Shown in pieces: positions 57,659 through 64,000 of a DNA stretch of 64,000 bases. Position 1 is the first letter of the stretch. Every line of letters begins with the position of its first letter. The position numbers and the translations under genes are program-made. The DNA is from Patescibacteria group bacterium (GTDB taxonomy: Bacteria; Patescibacteriota; Minisyncoccia; Phycocordibacterales; Phycocordibacteraceae): assembly GCA_018826905.1 (NCBI GenBank), contig JAHJYC010000004.1, positions 141,717 through 205,716 on the forward strand, written 5' to 3'. The notes under the pieces were generated by a model. It was not told the DNA's origin. It saw only the letters and a list, made by a program, of their open reading frames with translations, and made no database searches.

Positions 57659-58987
57659 ATGGAGACAACAATGCTCTATGGAGCTCAGACAGCCGCCCCG
57701 GCACACCAAGCAGCGGTTACCGTCAGATACTGCCTGTATGCCCGTAAATCGAGCGAGGCAGAGGAGCGACAGGCGCTTTCGATAGATTCTCAGGTTAACG
57801 AGATGTTGGCCCTAGCCCAGCGAGAGGGACTGACAATTGTCGACATGTACCGAGAATCTCACTCGGCCAAGGATTGCGGGCAACGGCCAGTATTCAACCA
57901 ACTCCTCACAGACATACGCGAGGGTAAGTTTGACGGAATCCTCGCATGGCACCCTGACCGACTCTCTCGCAACGCCGGGGACCTCGGAGCTATCGTTGAC
58001 CTCTTTGATCAGAAGAAGCTTCTTGAGATACGTACCCATAGTCAGCGATTCACGAATAACCCGAATGAGAAATTCCTTCTCATGATTCTCGGCTCTCAAG
58101 CCAAGCTCGAGAATGACAACAAGAGCATTAATGTGAAGCGCGGACTCAAGACTAAATGCGAGCTTGGGCTTTGGCCTTCAGTAGCGCCAACTGGATACCT
58201 CAACTCCAAGAATAAGGACCAGAAAGGAGTCGTATTCGTGGATCCGGACCGAGCACCAATCATCAAAGAACTATTCAACAAAGTAGCCAATGAAGGATGG
58301 AGCGGACGGAAGATCTACCGCTGGCTCAAAGATATAAAGTTCCTCACTCGCACCGGCAAGCCCCTTACACTCAGCAATGTCTACTGTATTCTCAACAATC
58401 ACTTCTATCACGGTTCATTTGAGTACCCAAAGAACAGCGGTCGGTGGTTCCTGGGCAAACATACTCCGCTCATATCCAAAGAGCTCTTTGATGATGTTCA
58501 GAAACAGCTCCATTTACAGATTAGAGCTCCTAATCGAAATAAGGAGTTCGCTTTCACCCGCCTTCTCTCATGTGGCACATGTGAATCTGGCGTAACAGCA
58601 CAGGAGAAGTTTAAGAGTTTGAAAGACGGATCGATCGCTAAATATATTTATTACGGATGTACGCGTGCGCGGAATATTAACTGTAAGGAGGGCTACATCG
58701 AGGAGAGGGTTCTCATCTCTCAATTAACTGTAATCATTGACCAAATCGACCTTGATCGCTCAGGTATTAAAAAGAAGCTTGAACTTGAGATTGAGCGTCA
58801 CAAGAAATTTCACTCAGGAATTATGGGCAAAACCGACGAAGAGTACTTCGCCAAAGATGCAGACATAAGAAATTACGCTAAGTACCTCCTTACCGAGGGT
58901 TCTATCTTTGAGAAGCGTGACTTACTCACCTGTCTGAAAAGCAAACTTCTTCTAAAGGAAAAGATAATATCTACAACCAGTACCTAG
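57659..58987 (+). CDS. Large serine recombinase (resolvase/invertase catalytic domain plus recombinase domain plus zinc-ribbon domain).
   Basis: The N-terminal resolvase motif YARKSS...Q...SIDSQ carries the catalytic Ser. The length of 442 aa and the Cys cluster CGTCESGVT...YYGCTRARNINC (zinc ribbon) are typical of LSR integrases. Confidence 0.8.
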   Translation: METTMLYGAQTAAPAHQAAVTVRYCLYARKSSEAEERQALSIDSQVNEMLALAQREGLTIVDMYRESHSAKDCGQRPVFNQLLTDIREGKFDGILAWHPDRLSRNAGDLGAIVDLFDQKKLLEIRTHSQRFTNNPNEKFLLMILGSQAKLENDNKSINVKRGLKTKCELGLWPSVAPTGYLNSKNKDQKGVVFVDPDRAPIIKELFNKVANEGWSGRKIYRWLKDIKFLTRTGKPLTLSNVYCILNNHFYHGSFEYPKNSGRWFLGKHTPLISKELFDDVQKQLHLQIRAPNRNKEFAFTRLLSCGTCESGVTAQEKFKSLKDGSIAKYIYYGCTRARNINCKEGYIEERVLISQLTVIIDQIDLDRSGIKKKLELEIERHKKFHSGIMGKTDEEYFAKDADIRNYAKYLLTEGSIFEKRDLLTCLKSKLLLKEKIISTTST

Positions 58988-58993
58988 GAATGA

Positions 58994-60850
58994 TTAGGAG
59001 AAATTAAATTCGTCTTCCTGGAGAGCCTGGTCGACGAAAGTAAAGATTTCTTCAAAAGCCGTTATCGTAGTTTTGCTTAAGTCATCTTTCTTAATCTGTT
59101 TTTTCTTTGCCTTTTCCAAGAACAGTTTTGCAAAGATGTTTTTTCGACTCTTTCCTATATATGAAACGTTATCTTTCTTTTGGGGCTTAGGAGCTAGAGC
59201 AAAGTTCTTTGAACCGCCCGCGATTGTTTGTATATCACTTATCGAAAATAGTTCTTCGATATCAGACACATCGAGGGTCTTAACTTTCTTTTCCGCTCGG
59301 GTCTTGTCTCCAGCAAAAATACCCTCCTTAAGATCATCGAACTTGGCTTGACCGACTGGCTCGCCATCAATTACCACACACCACTTCAAATTGTACCCAA
59401 TACAGATCCCTACAAGAGGGTTCAATTTACTCCCCAATGCCCCAACTCCAGGGATAAGAGCGTAGTCCAATTTCTTTCCAAGAACAATTGCCATTGCTTG
59501 CAAATGCATGTAATCACTTACACCTTCAAGAATTACATTTTTCTCTTTGAAGATGAGATTCTGGTGCGGTACGTCGCAGCCGATTGCGTAGTTAACAAGA
59601 GACATTGCCTCCTGCTTATTCTTAGAATTTCCAATTTGAGTCTTAAGGATATTCTCACAGAGTGTGCCTTGATCCTTATCGTTAAAAACAAGAGCCACAC
59701 GATAGATGGTCTCTAATGGAACTAGAGTCGGTGCATGCGTCGTGTAAAGTATCTGGTGACCGAATTTACCACTAATTTTCTCAAAGACTTTAAGGAGGTC
59801 TTTTTGAGCATTTATGTGAAGGCTTCTATCAGGTTCATCCACCAAAATTATGGCCTTCTTTTCTTTTAATGATTTTAGTGCCAACCAGAAAGATAGGAAC
59901 CAGATCATTCCCTGGCTGCGCATTCTAACTGGTAGTTCTTTCCCTTCTTTGGTCCTAACAGCAAAGTCGATATAGTTCTTTTCAACTTCATCCTCTTTCT
60001 CTTTTCTCTTTTCGATATTAAAAACCAACCCAAGTTTATCGTTCTCAATCCCGTGAAGTTTTTGAGAAAAGTCATTTTTCAGGTCGGCAGTAATATCAGA
60101 AATTCGTTTATTGGTTTCATCAAGGCGACGAATGGAAGGCGTCTCTGCAAGAGACTTGAAGGTAAAATCTGCATTCCCAGTAAGCTCCTGGAGACAAGCT
60201 TCCAACCATGTGACCGAAACCCAGCCATCTCCAGTTTCTTCCACCAGATCATCAATTGATATGAAATCTGGAAGCGTATCGCAAGTCCCTCCTTCAAAAA
60301 ATATAAACTCCGGAATGATGTTATCTACAATGAACTTTCCTACATCTGGGGTAAGGATAGAAGCGTCAAACTCTTCTTCATTTTCATCGGCATCTTCCTC
60401 AGCCTCTACCGATGCTGCACCGGTAGACTCGACCTCAAGGTTATTAATTAAGGCATTCTGAAAAGTTGTATCCAATGAGTAGTTCTTTCCATCAAAAGTA
60501 AGAGTAAAATTTGAAATACGGCTTATGGTATTTGGCTTAAATGCCACAACCTCCTTGAATATTTCCTCGTTCGCGAAATTCTCGATTTCATCTAGAATCG
60601 CAGGCTTATCATCAGCTGCCTCGAAAGAAAACTGACATGAGACAACTTGATCAAGCCCTGCTGGGGATTCATACGGGTAGGAGTCCCCATCAAACTCACC
60701 ATTATAAAAATCTCTCAGGGCCTCTAAGATGCTTGATTTCCCCGATTCATTCTGTCCGATCAGAGACAGAATATTGTCACTTTGACCCAAATCAACCTCT
60801 ACCCTAACGATAGATTTGTAGTTGTGAATCTCAACCTTATCTAGCTTCAT
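58994..60850 (-). CDS. OLD-family nuclease (N-terminal ABC-type ATPase plus C-terminal TOPRIM domain); a stand-alone Class-1-like gene.
   Basis: Walker A is GQNESGKSS. The Q-loop, signature and Walker B are present (AIILVDEPDRSLH), and a TOPRIM-like VILEGVSDYMHL...VVIDGE follows. There is no adjacent UvrD-like partner gene. Confidence 0.75.
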   Translation of the reverse strand: MKLDKVEIHNYKSIVRVEVDLGQSDNILSLIGQNESGKSSILEALRDFYNGEFDGDSYPYESPAGLDQVVSCQFSFEAADDKPAILDEIENFANEEIFKEVVAFKPNTISRISNFTLTFDGKNYSLDTTFQNALINNLEVESTGAASVEAEEDADENEEEFDASILTPDVGKFIVDNIIPEFIFFEGGTCDTLPDFISIDDLVEETGDGWVSVTWLEACLQELTGNADFTFKSLAETPSIRRLDETNKRISDITADLKNDFSQKLHGIENDKLGLVFNIEKRKEKEDEVEKNYIDFAVRTKEGKELPVRMRSQGMIWFLSFWLALKSLKEKKAIILVDEPDRSLHINAQKDLLKVFEKISGKFGHQILYTTHAPTLVPLETIYRVALVFNDKDQGTLCENILKTQIGNSKNKQEAMSLVNYAIGCDVPHQNLIFKEKNVILEGVSDYMHLQAMAIVLGKKLDYALIPGVGALGSKLNPLVGICIGYNLKWCVVIDGEPVGQAKFDDLKEGIFAGDKTRAEKKVKTLDVSDIEELFSISDIQTIAGGSKNFALAPKPQKKDNVSYIGKSRKNIFAKLFLEKAKKKQIKKDDLSKTTITAFEEIFTFVDQALQEDEFNFS

Positions 60851-60930
60851 GATGCCCTCATTTTACTACTGTCTGGTGGAAGTTCCACCCCGGACAGGGA
60901 TAGTGGCAATTAGGGACCCGTCTAGGTCCT

Positions 60931-60951
60931 TCGATACTTTTCTAGACTGCT
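60931..60951 (+). repeat. Right direct repeat TCGATACTTTTCTAGACTGCT (attR-like), abutting and overlapping the 3' end of tRNA-Gln by 2 nt.
   Basis: See the left repeat. It lies immediately 3' of the tRNA gene on the tRNA strand. Confidence 0.6.
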
Positions 60952-61020
60952 GCGGGACTAGGACTCGAACCTAGATAGACGGTACCAGAAACCGTAGTCC
61001 TACCATTAGACGATCCCGCA
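60950..61020 (-). tRNA. tRNA-Gln (anticodon CUG).
   Basis: The minus-strand sequence UGCGGGAUCGUCUAAUGGUAGGACUACGGUUUCUGGUACCGUCUAUCUAGGUUCGAGUCCUAGUCCCGCAG folds as a cloverleaf with a U1:A72 pair (typical of tRNA-Gln), an ACGGU/ACCGU anticodon stem, loop UUCUGGU, and a GGUUCGAGUCC T-arm. No CCA is encoded. Confidence 0.85.
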
Positions 61021-61088
61021 ATACTGGAAGCTGCCCGAAAGCGACTCCAGTAGAAGCACGATACTTGAAAGATGCCTCTATTTCAAGG

Positions 61089-61517
61089 CTACTGCCATAC
61101 CGCAAGGATAACGCCCATCGCCACAAGGGTAACGAGGTAGTATCCAGCAGTTATAAACCAGTACTTCCAAGGCCGATCCTCCCACAGCACTGAGCCAATA
61201 GTGGCAGGAACCACAAACCCAATCCAACTCCAGAGAGCAACCTGCACCCCTGAATCAACACCCGTAACCCGGGTAATGGAGGTCGTGTAGTACAAGACAT
61301 GCGCAAGTACATACGCCATACCAAAGCTAGTGATGATACTGAGCGTATAGCTACGCATCATAGTACGCTTAACAGCTGGTGTTATCTCATCTGGCTTTTT
61401 AATACCAACGATGCGCATCCAGGTCTTCCCAAAGAGGGGGCCGTACCAGAACGATCCAATAACAACAGCAACAACGACACACAAAAGGATTGCCCAATAG
61501 TTAACCACTACATCCAT
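61089..61517 (-). CDS. DUF1761 family membrane protein.
   Basis: 142 aa with 4 TM helices. MDVVVNYWAILLCVVVAVVIGSFWYGPLFGKTWMRIVG matches the DUF1761 N-terminal pattern. Confidence 0.5.
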   Translation of the reverse strand: MDVVVNYWAILLCVVVAVVIGSFWYGPLFGKTWMRIVGIKKPDEITPAVKRTMMRSYTLSIITSFGMAYVLAHVLYYTTSITRVTGVDSGVQVALWSWIGFVVPATIGSVLWEDRPWKYWFITAGYYLVTLVAMGVILAVWQ

Positions 61518-61600
61518 AGAACTAATGCATTAAAGGAATATACCAATAAGTATACCGCTTCTAGACTGCATGCTATGATTCTCCTGTACAACCGAATACG

Positions 61601-61750
61601 CAGTATCAAGAGTGCGGCGAGGGACCTGGCCCTTTGACCCGTCGGCAACCATTCCTAAAGGAAACGGTGCCCCCAGACCCCAACGCGGGAACGATGCCTC
61701 TGTAACGAAACATCTCCCGTAGTGGGAGATGTTTCGTTTCGTACCTTTAT
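61601..61750 (+). promoter_or_regulatory. SAM-I (S-box) riboswitch with an intrinsic terminator expression platform, sitting in the metK leader.
   Basis: Conserved core AUCAAGAGUGCGGCGAGGGACCUGGCCCUUUGACCCGUCGGCAACC ... GGUGCC ... P1 closing GUAUC/GAUGC. This is followed by the hairpin GAAACAUCUCCC-GUAG-UGGGAGAUGUUUC plus a U-rich tract, 17 nt before the metK ATG. Confidence 0.8.
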
Positions 61751-61767
61751 CTTAATTTCTTCCGTAC

Positions 61768-62820
61768 ATGTTTCATCTTCTTACGCATTACACGACCGAG
61801 AGCGTTACTGCAGGACACCCAGACAAAGTCTGCGACCAAATATCAGACGCCATCCTAGATGCCTGCCTCACCCAAGACCCAAATAGCCGTGTTGCTGTTG
61901 AAACCTTTGGGAGCCACGGCACACTCATGATTGGCGGCGAGGTTACCACAACAGCCTCTGTAGATTACGAAGCAATCGCACGCGAAGTGTATGCCTCTAT
62001 TGGCTACACAGAAGACCTAGAGGTGCTCTCACGCGTTGTAACGCAGTCCGGAGACATTGCTATGGGAGTAGACACAGGAGGCGCCGGAGACCAGGGAATT
62101 ATGTACGGCTACGCAACGAACGAGACTGATCAGTATCTTCCGTTAGGTGTTGTGCTCGCCCACGGACTCGCACGAAAACTAGAGGAGCTTCGCACGAGCG
62201 GGACACTCCCCTACCTGCGTCCAGACGGAAAGACTCAGGTAACCATAAAGAATGGAGAAGTAATCACCGGCCTCACTTCAACCCAACACACTGAAGAGAC
62301 TGAACTTGAAACAATCCGTGAGGATCTAACCAAGCACCTCTTCACACCAATCCTCGGAGACCTAAGTAACATAGAAATCCTCGTAAACCCAACAGGACGT
62401 TTCGTACAAGGCGGGTTTGAGGCAGACGCAGGTCTTACCGGTCGCAAGATAATGGTAGACACCTATGGAGGACTTATGCCACACGGCGGGGGCTGCTTCT
62501 CAGGAAAAGATGCAACAAAAGTAGACCGCTCTGCAGCCTATATGTGTCGCTTTGTAGCAAAGAACCTTGTTGCAAACGGACACGCAAAGAAAGCACTCGT
62601 CTCAGTTGCCTACGCTATTGGCCGTGTTGACCCAGTTATGGTTGAAGCATTTGATGAGAACGGAAAGAATCTCTCAGAGATTGTGAACACACACTTTGAC
62701 TTCCGTCCTCTTATGATTCGCGAGCGACTTGGACTCACCCGTCCTATATTCCGCGAGACTGCCGCATACGGACACTTCGGAGTTCAGGGCCGTCCCTGGG
62801 AAGAAATTATCTCTCTTTAG
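61768..62820 (+). CDS. metK: S-adenosylmethionine synthetase (methionine adenosyltransferase).
   Basis: The signature ESVTAGHPDKVCDQISDAILDA, GGGAFSGKD-like GGGCFSGKDATKVDRSAAY, and C-terminal AYGHFG. At 350 aa it is somewhat shorter than E. coli MetK. Confidence 0.92.
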   Translation: MFHLLTHYTTESVTAGHPDKVCDQISDAILDACLTQDPNSRVAVETFGSHGTLMIGGEVTTTASVDYEAIAREVYASIGYTEDLEVLSRVVTQSGDIAMGVDTGGAGDQGIMYGYATNETDQYLPLGVVLAHGLARKLEELRTSGTLPYLRPDGKTQVTIKNGEVITGLTSTQHTEETELETIREDLTKHLFTPILGDLSNIEILVNPTGRFVQGGFEADAGLTGRKIMVDTYGGLMPHGGGCFSGKDATKVDRSAAYMCRFVAKNLVANGHAKKALVSVAYAIGRVDPVMVEAFDENGKNLSEIVNTHFDFRPLMIRERLGLTRPIFRETAAYGHFGVQGRPWEEIISL

Positions 62821-62821
62821 C

Positions 62822-62851
62822 AAAAAGCGCCGGGATCACCCGGCGCTTTTT
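62822..62851. terminator. Bidirectional intrinsic terminator AAAAA-GCGCCGGG-AUCA-CCCGGCGC-UUUUU between the convergent metK and EEP genes.
   Basis: A perfect 8-bp GC stem flanked by A5 and T5 tracts; it overlaps the stop of the minus-strand gene. Confidence 0.7.
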
Positions 62852-63578
62852 ATACCTTCTCAACTTGAGCTACAAGGGCACAATGATCACTCACGCCACA
62901 CACCATTTCCACATCCCGTACCGCATACCCTCCTCTTGAAAACAAACCATCAACCATAAAAGGAATAGGACCAGCGCGATGCAAGCTCCCATCTATACTG
63001 CTTCCGTACTGAAGCGGCACATTGTCTATAAACTTCTCTGAAATTCTGGAAAACACTTCCCTTCCACGAGGCGCATTAAAATCTCCTGAAATTACACATT
63101 CAGTAAAGAGATCGGTAGTTTCTAGAAACTTCTTAAGTACTCCCTCTTGAATCTCATTCATCTCTCCCTTATCCGTAACTGGGAAGTGCGTCGTACCAAA
63201 TCGGTACACAGCCCCTTCGTGTTCAATGTCTGCAGTAGCCAACACATACCGCTGTGTTTCATTCTTCTCAACTGGCGTACCGTCAAGATACGTAGTGAGC
63301 TCTCCCTCCCAACCGCCCAGTTGATGAAACGCTGTGGAAAGAAATCCTGTGCGTGAAAATAGTGCTACTCCCTCAGGAGTTGTTCCTTCTTGCCAAGGGT
63401 AAAGCGTCATAGGAACAAAGAAACACTCTGCATCAAGCACCTCTCTGAAAAATGGAATATCGCTCTCAAAGACTTCTTGCATACAAACAACGTCCGGAGC
63501 ACGCTCTCTTAGAAAGGGCTCAATGCGCGCAAGGTGCCTGTGTCGCTCAATATTAATGTGAGCAAATGTAAGACTCAT
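62850..63578 (-). CDS. Endonuclease/exonuclease/phosphatase (EEP) family protein.
   Basis: Motifs are spread across the protein: N-terminal VVCMQEV, mid GDFNA, C-terminal SDHCAL (catalytic His), fitting the EEP fold. Confidence 0.6.
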   Translation of the reverse strand: MSLTFAHINIERHRHLARIEPFLRERAPDVVCMQEVFESDIPFFREVLDAECFFVPMTLYPWQEGTTPEGVALFSRTGFLSTAFHQLGGWEGELTTYLDGTPVEKNETQRYVLATADIEHEGAVYRFGTTHFPVTDKGEMNEIQEGVLKKFLETTDLFTECVISGDFNAPRGREVFSRISEKFIDNVPLQYGSSIDGSLHRAGPIPFMVDGLFSRGGYAVRDVEMVCGVSDHCALVAQVEKV

Positions 63579-64000
63579 TAGCTTCCGGCTTTCTTTGAAG
63601 CTGCTTTAAGGAACGCACTGAAGAGCGGGTGTGGTGCAAGAGGACGTGCCTTAAGTTCAGGATGGAACTGTGTGCCGAGGAAGAACGGGTGCTCCTCCTT
63701 TGGAAGCTCTGCAATTTCCATAAGTACACCGCTTGGAGAGGTGCCTGAGAAGACGAGTCCTGCGTTCTTAATCTGCTCTACGAATTCAGGATTAATCTCA
63801 TAGCGATGGCGATGGCGCTCTTGTACTTCTGATGCCCCATATGCCTCTTGTGCAATAGACCCCTCTGAAAGCTTGGCAGGATAGGTACCAAGACGCATGG
63901 TGCCTCCAAACTTGCCGTCCTTAATAAGATCTTTCTGCTCAGGCATCACGTCAACAACAAGATGCTCTCCGTTTGGATCTATCTCAGCTGTAATAGCCCC
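63578..64000 (-). CDS. pyrG: CTP synthase, C-terminal glutamine amidotransferase domain. The gene continues beyond the window end.
   Basis: MRLGTYPAKL...ERHRHRYEINPEF...GTQFHPELKARPLAPHPLF matches the PyrG C-terminus. The frame is probably open upstream of the Met at 63949, to the window edge. Confidence 0.8.
   Translation of the reverse strand, partial: GAITAEIDPNGEHLVVDVMPEQKDLIKDGKFGGTMRLGTYPAKLSEGSIAQEAYGASEVQERHRHRYEINPEFVEQIKNAGLVFSGTSPSGVLMEIAELPKEEHPFFLGTQFHPELKARPLAPHPLFSAFLKAASKKAGS

Larger units (their letters stand above)
54930..60935. mobile_element. Integrated element of about 6 kb inserted at the 3' end of tRNA-Gln. It carries a large serine recombinase together with an Mrr-like/STAND NTPase and an OLD-family nuclease, which are putative defence cargo.
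   Basis: It is bounded by the 20/21-nt direct repeats, lies adjacent to a tRNA gene, contains a recombinase gene, and is visibly AT-richer than the flanking core genes. Confidence 0.55.

Overview
This 64 kb window looks like the chromosome of a small-genome bacterium. The gene content (LepA, MurJ, Wzy-like ligase fused to TPR, LemA, DUF192, HtpX, GroES/GroEL, RNase J, TypA, MltG, MgtE, many small membrane proteins with weak Shine-Dalgarno sites) fits a Patescibacteria/CPR-like organism, but no searches were run to confirm this. Overall GC is moderate (~50% by eye) and most genes lie on the minus strand.

Most of the window is core housekeeping. RNA features readable directly from the sequence are an RNase P RNA (6520-6868, minus), tRNA-Ser(GGA) (7379-7464, minus), tRNA-Gln(CUG) (60950-61020, minus), and a SAM-I riboswitch with its terminator upstream of metK (61601-61750). 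Several intrinsic terminators are also visible.

The most notable region is a ~6 kb AT-richer segment (about 54.9-60.95 kb) bounded by a 20/21-nt direct repeat, the right copy abutting the 3' end of tRNA-Gln. It carries a large serine recombinase, a 768-aa protein that fuses an Mrr/PD-(D/E)xK-like nuclease domain to a STAND-like P-loop NTPase with an odd acidic, Tyr-rich tail, and an OLD-family ABC-ATPase/TOPRIM nuclease. Immediately next to it is an overlapping two-gene cassette encoding a membrane protein and a protein with a HEPN-like Rx5H motif. I read this as a small integrative anti-phage defence island with unusual composition.

Other points of interest:
- A clearly GC-richer, horizontally acquired DUF1399-like gene (44116-44610), ended by a long nested hairpin terminator.
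- A thioredoxin gene followed by a CcdA-MsrA-MsrB triple-fusion gene, with a 42-nt perfect palindrome just upstream.
- Two tandem small genes not in the ORF track (an lmo0937-family membrane peptide and a K/G-rich peptide).
- A divergent groES/secG promoter region containing a non-CIRCE inverted repeat.
- Two HhH-GPD DNA glycosylase homologues that lack the canonical Fe-S cysteine ligands.
- RNase J and a DEAD-box helicase that both carry Arg/Pro-rich N-terminal extensions.

No CRISPR array, rRNA gene or transposase was seen. All domain calls come from motif recognition by eye, without any database search.
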